DNA of 63,264 nucleotides, counting the filler, from Reticulomyxa filosa (lineage: Eukaryota > Protista > Foraminifera): NCBI GenBank assembly GCA_000512085.1. It is 15 parts of 15 records of this genome, joined end to end, with 100 filler letters (N's around TTAATTAATTAA, not from the genome) between each part and the next. Parts side by side here need not be neighbours in the genome. Positions count along the whole stretch, not along the records: positions 17,877 to 30,468 come from ASPP01003149.1; positions 30,569 to 31,634 come from ASPP01000939.1; positions 31,735 to 36,492 come from ASPP01008505.1; positions 36,593 to 37,703 come from ASPP01019897.1; positions 37,804 to 39,310 come from ASPP01037223.1; positions 39,411 to 40,594 come from ASPP01028008.1; 9 more parts are not named here. One strand, 5' to 3'. Positions 25,703-39,419 of this stretch are shown piece after piece. The translations under genes and the position numbers were made by a program. Below the pieces are notes generated by a model. That model was not told the origin of the DNA, searched no databases, and saw only the letters and a program-made list of their open reading frames with translations. Position 1 is the stretch's first letter. Every line of letters starts with the position of its first letter.

Positions 25703-27954
25703 TCAGCAAACTTTCAATGCTTCCGTCGCAAAAAAAACTACGTCTGGATCATCGTCTTGCTTCTAAATTGTGAATGTACATTTCATCATATATTAAAAAA
25801 AAAAGCAACAACAACAAAAAAAACCTAAAACAAAACTGCAAGCTTTTCCAGAGACGTCTTGAATTGTGAGACAGTCGACGAGTCAAGTCGAGGTAATACA
25901 TCTACCAAAACTCTGCAGGCATTAAAGCGAACATTAGAAATAGGGTCACTCAAGCCAGTGGTCAAAAGGTCAACAAATTCTCCCTTTAATTGTTGAACAG
26001 TGAGATCTTTGCACAACAACTGAACGGTTTTCAAGGGAACCATTCTGTGTAAATAATTTCCGCTATCTTTGTAAAGATTTTTCATGGGCGTGAACACTTG
26101 TTCTGCCATCCATTCGTAGCCAAAGGATTGATTCAAAGACTGGACCTGTCTGGACGCCGTTTCGCGAACAGTGGCAGCGGGATCCTTCAGTGATTGGATC
26201 AAAATATCTTTGAGACGCGACTTGGCAAATTTGTCTTTACCCATTTGAATTCCAATTTGAGCAATATTGACAACAATGGAATTGCGAACACGCCACCGTT
26301 GATCGACTGTCACTTCCTTCAGCAAAGGCAAAATGTCCGACTCAAACAACTCGAGGCCGAGTATTTTGCAAATGGTCGACAACTTCATGCAAAGGTTCAA
26401 TCTGGTTACAGGACTTTCATCAGCGGCGAGCTTCTTAAAGATCGGCAATAGCTTTTCTTTCACGCCTTCGCGGGTGAGATATTCGCCCAAGCACGCCACC
26501 TGTTCGGCCAAGGTTTCGCGAACGTCAGCGACGCTATCGGATAAGAGTGGTTGCAAAGACTCGGTCACTATTTTTTGAGCAAAGCCTTGGCCATCACTGT
26601 ATTTGATAATTGTTTCCAGCGCGCCAATGGCTGCCTTTCGAACCTGTGGTTCATTGTCGCTCAACAGCTTCACGTACAACGGCGCAATGTCTTCTGTCAC
26701 TTTTTGTCCTTTCAAATGCGAGCAAATATCGGCCAAGTTCTCTGCAATGTGCTTTCGGACTCGCCACGAGTCATCCTCTACAGCCAACTTCACAAAACCA
26801 GGGATGGCATCTTGCGATTTCTCCTCCGCCGATTTTTCTGCAATTTTTTTGGTTACGTCCACCAGACATTGTCGCATTGTCTCCATTAATTCGTTTTGTA
26901 ATGATTCCAACAAAGGACGGGCAAACGGCATTATCACTTGGATCGATTTCATTTCCTCGATCAATGGGACCAGGTTCTTGTATGCGTCGTTTTTCACCAT
27001 TGGCATTTCATCGCTGCAAAGACGTCTGTGGCATTCCAATAAATTCTTTCGATCCTCTTCCAATTGCAACACTTTGTATAGCCCTGCTGTCAATGCACTG
27101 GCGCTGCAACGGCTTGTGAACCAACTTGCTTCCACTAGTCGATTTAATATGGGATACGCATAGGTCTTCACGTGTTCCACTTTCATTTTGGCTATTAGTT
27201 TATTTATTGATGCTACAGCTGCCTGTCGGATTACTGTCTCTTCGACCATCGCCAGCTTTTCGAGCAATGGCAAAATATTTTTTGCTGCAGCTTCACTGCC
27301 TCCTGTATATTCTATCAGTTCGACGTTTCCTAACTCCTCCGCTTTATTTATTATTATTTTTTTTTTTTACAAGTGTTTTTATACGTATTTTACATCACAA
27401 CAATACATAGAAAAACTCCGTGTGGATATTGGGTTTTAAATTTTTTTTTTTTTTTATGTACTTATGTGTTGCGTTATTAAAAGTATAAGATAGATATGTT
27501 TTTTTTCCTACACCCCCTTTTTTTTACCCCCCTTTTCCTCTCTTCTCCAGCCTAAAGTAATAAATTGTCATTATGTGGTTAAAATACCTATCGCACATAA
27601 TACTTCCTCTTTTGCCGCCAACGCATTTGTATTTGAATATGCTTCTGGGGAAACTGATGCTTGGACCTCGACTGGAAAACAATACCGCTCTAACGCAACA
27701 TACAACTCCTTTGCGTTGCGCTCCGGACCCAACACTTTTGCTATTGTTTGCAAGGAATGTATTGCCTCCAGCTGGACTTGCACGCTTTCGTCCTACGTGA
27801 ACATAACATCCTTCTTATGTTCAGATTTTAATTGAGGGTAGATTGTTTTTCGCTTTTGTTGTTTTTGTTATAATTTTTTGAGAATTGATTTCATCAAGTT
27901 AACCTTTAAGTCATCTTGAAGAACTTCCAATGGATCGACGGAAAGAGTTGTCAT
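25703..27954 (-). CDS. PPP2R1A: Protein phosphatase 2A scaffold (A) subunit, HEAT repeats, multi-exon
   Basis: VEETVIRQAA, WFTSRCSA, DEMPMVK, DDSWRVR, QRWRVR, NYLHRM, DPISNVRFN and terminal DDDPDVVFFA. Confidence 0.92.
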
Positions 27955-28657
27955 CTTATTGTTGTTTGGAGGAGTCGATAAAATTAAAAAAAAATTTGAG
28001 TTTCTGAAAAAGAAATAAAACCCCCAACTGAACAAAATTTTTATGAGCAGGAAAACAAAACTTTTATTTTGAAAAATTTAACACTGCAAATTTTAGTGTA
28101 TTTTATCTAAACCGTTTCAAAGAATTTTGAAACAAAATAGATACGAAGCCAGTTGTTTGCGATTTTATTCAAAAATAATGATGCGAACGAGTTACAAATT
28201 CAAATTTAATATTCTCATAAATTAAATATTTCGTTAAAAATTAAGGCAGTGAACAATTTAAAAAATTTTACTGATAACAATTTTTGCACAATCTACACTG
28301 TGAGTAAAGAGGTGGCTTGTGCGCTTTTCCGGTGCAGTTAAATTTTCTATTTAACACAAAACAACTTTTTATTTGAGAATTTGACAACAAAAAAACAAAA
28401 AAAAAACAATTTTAAAAAAGATCAGTGTCAGGTGAATTTTCAACATGATGCTTCCTGCTTTGAATTTTCATCTTACAAATAAAAAATAAGTGCAGTCACT
28501 AACTGTTTTGAAAATTTTACGCACTAACGCACTTTGGAATCTCAAATACGTAACAAGCACCTTCATTGACCAAATATCAATGCGTCCATATTTTTAGGAG
28601 CACAAAACCTACACGAAAAATTGAAACAAGAAAACCTTCAGGCTTTTTGAAAAAGGT

Positions 28658-28687
28658 GCTTTCTTGAACTTTAAAGTTCAAGAAAGC
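28658..28687. repeat. Perfect 30-bp palindrome
   Basis: GCTTTCTTGAACTTTAAAGTTCAAGAAAGC equals its own reverse complement. Confidence 0.9.
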
Positions 28688-28984
28688 GTTTTGACAAAAA
28701 AATGTTTAACTTTTTACAACTGTTTAATTCTGCAGGAACTACAAAAATCAAAAATAATAATGCTACAAAAAAAGTCACAAATCTCCACGTTGGTCTAAAA
28801 AGATAATTCTAAAGAAAAAACTTGAAGAAGATGATAATAATGATGAATATTATGCAATTAAGTGTACCCAGAGCGATAAATAATGAAAAGTATAATATAT
28901 AACTATGAGCACGACATAAAAAAAAGAAGCTTATAATAATTAAATAACCTTTAAAAGAACGATTTTTGAAAACAGTCAATTGAT

Positions 28985-29961
28985 ATGGAAACAGCGTCTT
29001 TAGCTGTTCCAAGAGCTCCATTATTACAACCGCAGACACATCCGTTTCAATTGCATCATCCAAATGTCCGAACAAAAGCAGATATATGTTTAAGCAAAGA
29101 GGAGGAAAAAAGGAAAGAATTTGAGGAAGCATGCGAGATAGCAACAGCACCACAATCCTCGGCCGAGGAACGAAAAAAAGCGGAAGAGTGCATATTGAAA
29201 ATAAAAAACGGGTCGGAACCGTATAAATTTTGTATGGATGTATTACACCAAACGAAGAGCAGCAAAGCACAGCATGAGAGTGCGTTGTGTATGAAAGATG
29301 CGTTTTTACGAGAATGGGCGACGTTGGACAAGCGAATGGTAGTGATGATGCGAACAAAGGCATTGGAGTTTGTGTGTTCCAACTCACCGCAATTGCAGAG
29401 TTACGTGATGAAGCAATTGCTTCGACTAGTGGCAATAATGTATAAGCGCGTGTGGTTTGAAAGTGAAAAGACGAACAGTCGATTGATGATTTCGCAAATC
29501 AAGCAAATGTTACAAAACAAAAACCCATCCATTGTTATCGTTGGTAATAATAAATAAATATATACATATATATATATATATATATGTGTATATGTATACA
29601 TTTGATAGCATTAAATAAAAACAAATAATAATTAATAATTAATAATAATAAATAATAATAATAATAATAATAATAAATAATAATAAACAGGGTTAACCTA
29701 TTGCCAAGAGATAATGGAAGAGTTTAGTGTAAATGAAGGATCAACTCCATTGGGAATAACAATGGATTTTCACATGAGCTGCCATCGATCATTTGAACTG
29801 TTGATATTGCAGTCAATGTTTAATTTAGTGTGTCAGCTATTTTCCAAAGTGATGGAATACAATGAGAAGGAAAACAATAACAATAACAATAACAATAACA
29901 ATAACAATAACAATAACAATAACAATAGCAACAATGACATCATCAACAACAACAATAATGA

Positions 29962-29996
<35 letters not shown>

Positions 29997-30468
29997 TAAT
30001 GACAATTACACAAATGCCAAAATCATATCAATGTGTGCAATTGTAATGGAAAGTATTATATCGTTTGAGTACCATGAGAAGATGAACGACGACACACTGT
30101 TGCTACGTTTTGACAAGGGCAGCATGTTGTTTTTTGCCAATGACTGTTTGCGCCCGGGCCCCGCGTGGAAGATGTCACTATTGGAAAGTCCGTTTGTGCA
30201 AATGCTGGCCAGAGCGCATAATATTTTGTTGTTCAGTTCGGCCGGCAACGTCCTGCTGCAAAGCGCGGCGCCGCGTTTGCGACACGCATTTGCGAGGATG
30301 TGTTTGTTGCAAGGGCACATCTTCGACGCGTTCGAAGAAGGGGAAAAAGAGGAGAGGGACTATCGTAAGTTGTATTTACAGCGATTGTGCAAGTGCGTGG
30401 CATTGATGTTGGACCCATTGTTACAAAAATGTCAAAAGCGACAACAAGAGAAAGAAGAAGAAGAAGAA
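28985..30468 (+). CDS. XPO4: Exportin-4-like karyopherin (5' part, cut by linker)
   Basis: Importin-beta N-terminal region (ERKKAEE..., AFLREW, VAIMYKRVW) and EEFS...PLGITMDFHMSCHRSFE. Confidence 0.75.
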
Positions 30469-30568
30469 NNNNNNNNNNNNNNNNNNNNNNNNNNNNNNNN
30501 NNNNNNNNNNNNTTAATTAATTAANNNNNNNNNNNNNNNNNNNNNNNNNNNNNNNNNNNNNNNNNNNN
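30469..30568. other. Artificial contig linker
   Basis: N44-TTAATTAATTAA-N44. Confidence 0.97.
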
Positions 30569-30961
30569 AAAAAAACATTCTTACAAAAATACTTTCCTTT
30601 GAAATTTATTTTATTTTATTTTTGTTAATGAAGACCAAAATCACGTCAATGTTTTTAAAATTTTTCAAAATTTCGTCAAAGGTTCATGAATTGAAAGTGA
30701 CCAACTTAAAAAAATACGTATTGTTTGGTTTTCAATGCTACAACATTGACAAAACTAGGCCATTCATCGCAGAAGGAATTGAAATCGATAGGGACATAGG
30801 AGAAGCAGAATTGTAGAACACAAAGACACGATATTTGTCTTTTTTATTGATGAAGAAAAATTGGGATCGATTCTATTCGAATCATATAAATAAGTGCGTC
30901 TCTCTAAATAGAACATTCAAAAGCAAATGATTCAATATATTTCTTTCTTTTTCTGTTGTTT

Positions 30962-31600
30962 TCAACAAAATTGCAAACATGAAAAATTGGAAAACATCAC
31001 AATGACAAAACAAAGCTTTTTTTTTATTCCACAATCATATAATAAGCAAATAGCAGATTTTAAATATTTGTGATTGTATCCAAATGACTCAAACCAACAT
31101 TTAACCATTTGCAAACCGCAAGAATGTTCCAAATGATCATTCATCTGTTTCAATTTTCCTTTGAAATCACAACTAACAATTCCAGGTATTTCTCCTTCTT
31201 CATGTCTTTGTTGTGTTGATATTTGCTGCTTTTCTTGTTCTTGTTGAAATTGTCGTGGACATATCACATCCAATTCATTAATGTATCGTTTCGCCAATCA
31301 ATTTTGAGAATACGAACAATTGTCGTGAGGCTCGACTGGACAAGAATTTGGATTTTGACAAGGAATTGATTCAAGCAATTCTATTCAACGATCAATAATT
31401 CATCCATGTTTTTGTGTTGAATACAATTAATTTCCATTGGGCTGTCGGCGACTTGTTTGCAAATCAAACAAATAAAGTCGCGAATGGACCCCTGCTTGTT
31501 CAATTGTAAAATCCAATTTTTGTCAAAGCAAGCGTGTTGTTCAGTAATTGACTTCAAGTCCAGTTTCGCATTGCCTTTGCTTTTCTCTTATCCATCTTAC
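30962..31600 (-). pseudogene. RING/TRAF-type zinc-finger protein pseudogene
   Basis: FICLICKQVA...CPVEPH...INELDVICP...CDFKGKLKQMNDHLEHSC..VKCWF, with stops and frameshifts. Confidence 0.75.
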
Positions 31601-31634
31601 TCAGTTTCTTTCTTTTAGTTCTTGGTTTCTTAAT

Positions 31635-31734
31635 NNNNNNNNNNNNNNNNNNNNNNNNNNNNNNNNNNNNNNNNNNNNTTAATTAATTAANNNNNNNNNN
31701 NNNNNNNNNNNNNNNNNNNNNNNNNNNNNNNNNN
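31635..31734. other. Artificial contig linker
   Basis: N44-TTAATTAATTAA-N44. Confidence 0.97.
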
Positions 31735-31772
<38 letters not shown>

Positions 31773-32336
31773 AAAATAAGAAATAAAAAAGAGATTCAAA
31801 AGAACGTGCCAAATCCAACTGCTCACTTCGAGTTACAAACAGTTTCATGGATTGCAAAAAAAAAACCAAAACAAATCAAACGAGGACGAAGACCTGATAA
31901 TTCTTTTCCCTTGCAGAAAGGTGTTTTTTTTTTTGCCTCCAGATCGGAAAAAACTTTTGCAAAGGATTGACAAAAAGAAACCAACACAAACACAGTTTTT
32001 TTTTCTCTCGTACAAAAGAAAAAAATTTATGGTAAAAATAAGACAAGGAAAAACAAAAAATGAAAAAAAGGAAAAAACAAAGAGAGAGAAGTGATTGTGT
32101 TGGGGAGGATGAATTTGAGAGGAGGGAAGATTACAAACTTTACATACTTGATTTAATCATTTTTTTCCCCCTCCTCTCTTTCCTTATATTATCCTTTGTT
32201 TCGGTTTTTGGTTTCGGAGGAGAAAAGAGGGAAAAAGAGAAGAAATGGAGAGGGAAGAAAAAAATTGGATTATCACAGTTCCTTTTTTCTTTCCCCTCCA
32301 ATCCATCCTTTTCATGTATCGGTTCTTTTGAGCTAA

Positions 32337-35300
32337 TTACTCAAAAGAAAAACAAGCATCTTTGGAAGCACTCATAACGGACAGTGTGGTCGCCTTTTCA
32401 AAGTTAGATGAGTGATGGCAGTGGGCCGGCATTTTATGGCGTGTAGCTGCAAAATCGTTTAATTGATCTAACTTTGTTTTATCCCTCGGCTGACAGTTTC
32501 CGTCATTCATTTCATTCAGTCTGTTATCCATTCACAGTAGTGTGCGAAACATAAAGCAAAATTCGAACAACAAAGGTAAGTTGCACTAAACTTGAACAAA
32601 GGGTTTAGTTTTCTCATTGCCGGTATTTGGTCAAGAGAGTGTATCGGTCCATATGGAGCGCTGCGCGGTACTTTTTCATTTGTTGCCAATTGACTCACAC
32701 CGCCTTACATCATTTTATTTGATTTGTGTAACATATATTAACATTTTTTATGATAAAAAATACAAATGAGAAAAGAATAAACGGAGAATCAAACCTAAAT
32801 AAAAATCATAGTATAGATTGCCATCATCAGCGAACATAGTATCGTTGGCGTCGGCCAGTATGGTTTGACTGCCGAGACCATTGCAAAGGGGTTCTTGGTC
32901 ATTGTGTTTCATGGATCTGTGTTTGTATAACTCTGGATAGTTATAGTCGTCATGTCTCGTGGGAGCGTTACGATTGTCAGTGGTGATAAGCACAGGTAGC
33001 GGATGCGAACGGACATAGCTCGGCGCATGAACAGAAAGAGAGTTTCCCAAAGAAGAGTTTTCCATCAGCACGTTGGGACGAACGCTCCATGACCCGTTGG
33101 CCATGATTTGGGGGGTCGGAGGAATGTTTGGTCGAATTTGAGAGTTGCTTTTTCGATGCCATGAAAGCTCTGGTGTGATTGTTGCGGACGAGCGTTTGCC
33201 ATGTGCACTTTTTAAATTCAATTATCCCAATTAATCACATTACACACATTCGAAACCAGTCAACAAAACTGTCCAAACAACATAGAACAGAAGAATCCAA
33301 CTAAACTGATCGATCGAAGATGAAGACGTGGTCCAGGCCCTTGGATCCACCTGGATAGTTGGAACACGTGGTTTGTTTATACGTACTTGTGGCTTTCTGA
33401 AATTCTCTATTGATCGTGCACTTGCTGTCGACACGGAATTAGAATTAGAATTAGAATTGGAATTGGAATTGGAATTGGAATTAGAATTGGAATTGGAATT
33501 GGAATGTACATCGCCTTTCAATAAATGAATGACCTGTCTCGGTGCTATCGGCGTGAGGATGGAGACGTCACCAACGGCAGTCAGGTGTGGGATATTGCCA
33601 TTGCTCGGGGAATAATGGGCTTCATTGGTCACGCAGACGGTGCTGTCTTTGGACAACTGATGTGAAATGCCAGTGAGTATGGCGGAGGATGGTGCATGTG
33701 CATGCACATGAACAGAAGAAGAAGAGCGCGCATCTATTCCATGAATACAAGAGTCTTCCATGATTTGACAAGGTGTTGGTGTGTGTCCAACATGGCTTGG
33801 GCGTCTTGAAACTGACGGAGAAACAGAAACGGTTTCTCCTTTCATTTCGGCCGTTTTGTACTTCTTTACCAGTTTATTGTAGTCGTATTTGTGCATTGCA
33901 CGAATGCCATCCTCGCTTCGACTGCGGTCTTTGACACACTTCGTGGCCTGCGACTGCGAGGCAAACACCACAAAGCACGATGTCAAATGCGACATTTCCA
34001 AAGGATTGTTTGCATCAATGTGCGGATGAATGCTTTGTAATGCTTGATACAACGTCTCACGACAGAAATTCATATCTTTTTCCTTTTCTTTCTGCTCATT
34101 TGAATTCTTTTTCAATTCTTGTCCTTGTCCTTGTTCTTGTTCTTGTTCTGTTTGTCCTTCACTTTCACTCTTGTTTTCCAAACTTTCGTTACCTGACCTC
34201 TCCGAAACGCTTGGTGATTCATCGTCCCCTAGTCAATTGCATTTCAATACACAGTTCATTTGGATTGTGTTTTGAGCTAATATTTTTTTAAAAAAAGAAG
34301 AAGGAAAGTCAGTCTTTTTTGTTGCTGTTGTAACTGCTTTGAAGAGGTTCAGTTTGTTTGGCAATAATGGCAATATTTTTCATAAATAATTCAAATTGAT
34401 GAAGATCCAAAATGTCTTCAAAATATTCTTGATCGTTATCTTTTTGCAAAGATAACTTGTTATCGCCATGGCTATGAACACTCGTGTTGATAGTCGCGTG
34501 CATAGCCTCTCGAAGCCATTGCGAATGGTACCTTCGTAAAAATGGCAACAATAGTTTTTTTTTTGTTATAATCGCTGCTACGTATTTGTCAGGCGAATCA
34601 TCTTCTTCGCTCCAAGTGCCTTCCAAATGCACTCGTTTCACCTCACCATATTCTTCCATCAGCTTCCGGATTGCACTTTCATTGGACTGCAAAGGAGACA
34701 CACCATACAAAAACACTGTACGGCGTAAGTCTCGACATTTTCGAGGACTTGGCAGCATAAACCCAGGGCGGCGTACTCTTTTTTAAAAAAAGAAACAAAA
34801 CATAACAAGGGTGTCACGTTATTACAATAACAAAGGTTATTAACATTAAAAAAAAAAAAAAAGGAAATACTTTTCATTTATCCCTTAGCATCTTTATTTT
34901 TTTTTCTTCGTCTCTTCCTTCATAATTACAAAAATAAAAAATAAAAAAATTTTGAAAAAGTATTACTTGGTTTTATCAGGTGACAATTCCAGAAACACCG
35001 ACTTGGCCAATGCTGCAAGGATGCGTGATCGCAAACAGGTCAATGAGCGTATGCGAGGAGAACGACAAACCAAATCTAAAGGTACCCAATGACCCTCGCT
35101 TTCACTCATCCGTGAGAGCAAATAAGTGTCGTTGGTCAAGTTATAGTCTGACGTCCCGATGGATGTGTATTGTGTATTGTTTATGTCACGTATGATATAC
35201 ATATATACATTACATTGATGTACACATAAAATATATACGTGTGTTTCACATATATGGACTTATGAATATTATTTATGTGTGATCTTTTTTCACACCTGAA

Positions 35301-35503
35301 AAAAAATATTCAATTTGTGAACGAATCTATTGGTTGTCAAAAAAATACAATTCAAAGCTAAAACTTTTTTTAATGAAATAAATACGAAATTTTTGCCTTT
35401 TCCTAAACATAACTAGATTTTGTAACACTGTTTCATTATCAAATGGCACTTTTTGGCTTTTTTCATCAATTCCATTGGTATTGCTCTTGTTGTTCTGTAT
35501 CAT
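32337..35503 (-). CDS. La-related RNA-binding protein (La motif plus RRM-like), multi-exon; 3' end uncertain
   Basis: IRSQIEYFFS/DYNLTNDTYLLSRM...WVPLDLV...RIRSLT La motif across exons, then RTVFLYG...YGEVKRV and CFVVFAS. Confidence 0.75.
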
Positions 35504-35994
35504 TTTAGTTGTCCATTTTTATTGTTACGTGTTCATTTTGTATTTGTTTTTTTCAGACCCTTTTCTCTTCCTTTTTGTCCCCTTTGGTTCACAATGTGTC
35601 AATGTGACAAGACAAAAAGTACTATGTGATGAAGTTAGTGTTAAGGAGTAACCTGCATTAGCGCATTTGAAGATTCGTTATAGTTGGTCATACCAATGAA
35701 AGAGTGCCAAAAGAAGCACAGTGCCCTTCGAGAGTAAAATTGACACAGTAATTGCTTTGAAAAGCAAAAGTGAGTTTTTTATTGATTAAACTTTTGGAAA
35801 TCTTTCGTTCACTTAAAAAAACGTGGTTCCCTGTGTTGACCACAATATAAATTGAGCCTGGATATTGAATTTGTTTAATACATTCAAAACACAGCAATAA
35901 TTCCAAAAAAATTACCTAGAGAAAAACAAACTTCCAAAATGTTTCGAAACATTGTTGTGGGCCTAAAAAGGGTCAGAAAGAAAAGAAAGAAAAG

Positions 35995-36492
35995 ATGAAT
36001 GGCTCATGGTTTGAAATATCGTATAAGATAGTAACATGCCTCGCATTGATCAGTATCATTATAATTTTGTGCTTGTATAGCTGTCATCTTAGACAGTACT
36101 TGGACCTCAGTAACAAGGATCGCCAAACGTGTCTAGACGATGCACGCTGGCTGCCATTGTGTATAATTTTATGTATGGTTGGATACATACTCACCAATAT
36201 ATTTGTTTTAATAGAGATAAGCATTGGAAGTGAATATTGTCAAGCCCGAGTTAAAGGGTATTCAATAACTTTCTTGATTACTCGATTTTTTGTGTATAAT
36301 TCATTTGTGTTACGATTGGATTTGATCTTCAAGGAATCCGCGCACGGATACTCCCCCAAGTTTTTGGCAACATTGAGACTGATTATCCTAGTCTTAGTAC
36401 TTACTTTTGTTGTATTGGCCCTATTTTTTATAACCGGACGAAAAACAGAGTCCAGTTCTTGCACGTGGAGTGGATCTATTTTGTTTGTTGGA
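35995..36492 (+). CDS. Multi-pass membrane protein, 7TM receptor-like (5' part)
   Basis: Four hydrophobic helices with Cys ahead of TM3 and FVLRLDLIF after it. Cut by linker. Confidence 0.55.
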
Positions 36493-36592
36493 NNNNNNNN
36501 NNNNNNNNNNNNNNNNNNNNNNNNNNNNNNNNNNNNTTAATTAATTAANNNNNNNNNNNNNNNNNNNNNNNNNNNNNNNNNNNNNNNNNNNN
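36493..36592. other. Artificial contig linker
   Basis: N44-TTAATTAATTAA-N44. Confidence 0.97.
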
Positions 36593-37463
36593 GGCGCAAT
36601 ATCGTTGCCAAGTGTCGATACTTTTGTCGGGACCCCTCCAACATTTTCAAATTTTTCCATATCCATCAACAATTCATTCGTCGCAAATTCCTTGAACTTG
36701 TCTTCGCTTTCAATGATTAATTCCAACTTCAATATGTGTCCGACCACATCCATCCCATATTTGACGAAAGTTTTTCCAAGGCTTTAAATTGCCACTACAC
36801 TTGATATTGCCATAATCGTTTCAGCAGTTCTGTTGGAATGCACTATGTGAGTTCGTCCATATTAAAGAATACGCAAAATCGCCACTTGATTGCGTGAATA
36901 GTAATTCAATAACCAAACGCTGCAAAGCCTACAAACAGTTTTTTTTTAAAAAAAATAAAACAAATCAAATGCAGTAGAGCCCACCTGACTCTTAGGTCCA
37001 ATTTATTCTATTCTTTCTTTTTCTTTTTGCCAGTGATCTTGGCTTGAGTTTTGCACAATCCATCCACCAAATTGAGCTACTAACATAGAGCGATTCTTCG
37101 GACGTCATTATTTGCTCGGCCACCAGTGTTACCATCTAAACTTCGTCGCCGTCTTTTTCCTTGTGTTCCGCTTCGCTGTCGCCGTAACGTCGGCCAATAA
37201 TTTTTGAGCGCGTTTCAGTTGCGCTTTTGGGACATTCTCCCATTTTTTCTTTTTCAATTTTAATCCCCTCCCATTTCCTTTTTTTTCTATCTGTTTTTCT
37301 CTTTTTTTCTTTTTCTTTTTAATCTTTTTTTTCCTTTTTTTTCTATTGTTATCTTTTATTCTTTTTTTTCCAATTTGTCATCTTTTTTTTTATTTTCTCA
37401 CTCTAATTTTTTTCATTTTCTAATCCAATTTTTTTAATTATTCTTAAACAAAATTTTCCCCCC

Positions 37464-37539
37464 CTTTTCTTAATTAAAATTTTTCTCCACTTTTTCCCCC
37501 TCTTTTCTTAATTAAAATTTTTCTCCACTTTTTCCCCCT
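37464..37539. repeat. Tandem duplication of a ~38-bp unit in a pyrimidine-rich tract
   Basis: CTTTTCTTAATTAAAATTTTTCTCCACTTTTTCCCCCT occurs twice in tandem. Confidence 0.7.
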
Positions 37540-37703
37540 TTTCACCATACATTTTTCCATTTTTCTTTTCCCCATTTTCTCTCCTATTGATCTAAAAAAA
37601 AATAAAAAAAAACAAAAACTTTACAGTCTTTCCTCGACGAACTTCAATCCTATAAATACATTAACAAACTCAAATCATTTTTTCATTTTTGAAATAAAAA
37701 AAA

Positions 37704-37803
37704 NNNNNNNNNNNNNNNNNNNNNNNNNNNNNNNNNNNNNNNNNNNNTTAATTAATTAANNNNNNNNNNNNNNNNNNNNNNNNNNNNNNNNNNNNNNNNN
37801 NNN
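37704..37803. other. Artificial contig linker
   Basis: N44-TTAATTAATTAA-N44. Confidence 0.97.
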
Positions 37804-39310
37804 TCGGTCAAATATTAGTAACCCCTTTTGCATGTATTTATGATAATATGTATGTGACTCCAGATATTGACACATCAAAGATTCATGAAAGCATTTCCAA
37901 GGTACAATTGATATGACTTTCGTGTTGATTTGGTGGAAATATTATTGCAATTTGATTGGTGATTGGATTATTTTTTCGATGTAAAAAACTGTGGTTATCG
38001 TCAAGTAAGACTGGCAGGAAATGATTTGCTTTATCTATTCGAATACCTTTGAAAGAACATTAAAGTTAAAAGAAACATTGATTATTTTTTGTCTTTTTTT
38101 CTAAACAATTTGAATTAATTTATTGTTTATTGTTTTTACAAAAACTAAATACGATAAGTCCACAAGTGGTGCAGATGGTGGGACCGTGAATAGAGAAGAA
38201 GAGGATGCACAAAAATGCTGAAGAAAATATTGCTGTCTCGGTGAGAATAGAGGCATTACAAAAACTATCCAAAAAATTTGGCGCGCAAATGATACCCAGA
38301 AAAGAATATTGTACCCTTCAATGAAAATAAAATCAATAACAGCGAGTAGTGTCAATGCGAAAGACACATGAACTTGAGACAATACCAGTCCGTCTACAGT
38401 ATCAGGAGTACAATCTCCAACCAATCAAACGCAAATTGGTGAATCTTTCCAAGGCGGCATCTGAGTCAAGAAAGTAATAATCGTCTTTCACAATGCACAA
38501 AATCTCAATACTATATCTCGTCATTGTAGTAATACTTGCGTTTTCAAGAGCCACTCCACTTTACAATACGCGAACAGTCCTGTCATTATAAACATTAGCT
38601 CGACCCATTATTCCGCGTCGAAGCAATGCCGTTCCACTTGCGCTCATTCATGTTCACAGACAAGCGACAGCTCACCACATTATACAATGATCAAACCATT
38701 GTATTAAATGTGAATAGAGCAAGTCCATGAATACTGTCTTCCAATCGTCACGATTTCATCATGGGCACTTGAGATAGCGTTGATATTATGGTTTAATCTT
38801 AAGATCGTAATTGTGTCAATGTATCTCCTCTTTCTTCTTCGCTTACTGTATTGGCTGCTGCCACAGACGCTTTTGCTTGTATCATCATTGTTATCATTGA
38901 GATTCAATCTATATTGCAAAGCGTGCTGTTGCTACACCAGTAGAAGCAAAGCAAATAATTTACTATGGACTCGGAATGCATCACATGGAAAGAAAAATAG
39001 CACTATCACAACATTGGTTGTTCCTTATTTTGTTTTTTTCTTTTTGTGTAATTTTCATTGTGTGCTTTGTTGTTATCACTTTGACACAAATGATTGTATC
39101 CAATTGTTTTGCTGTTTTTCACATTTTGATATCTTCTTTAACTAGTCTTAATTCGCATCAATGTTCGATTGAAATAGGCAGTCCTTTATTGCATTCTTCT
39201 CTATTTCTGCAGTTGTCTCCAGTGTTTCCTCCTTGGAGAGTCGTTTGTGCATTTATTTTTCTATCTCACCAAATTTTTGTGATGAATAATGTTACTTGAG
39301 AAAAAAAGAC

Positions 39311-39410
39311 NNNNNNNNNNNNNNNNNNNNNNNNNNNNNNNNNNNNNNNNNNNNTTAATTAATTAANNNNNNNNNNNNNNNNNNNNNNNNNNNNNNNNNN
39401 NNNNNNNNNN
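39311..39410. other. Artificial contig linker
   Basis: N44-TTAATTAATTAA-N44. Confidence 0.97.
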
Positions 39411-39419
39411 GTTGAACAT

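Noticed and set aside
36593-39310. Coding-like fragments on two small contigs
   Set aside because: Broken by stops, and no family could be recognised from the sequence alone.
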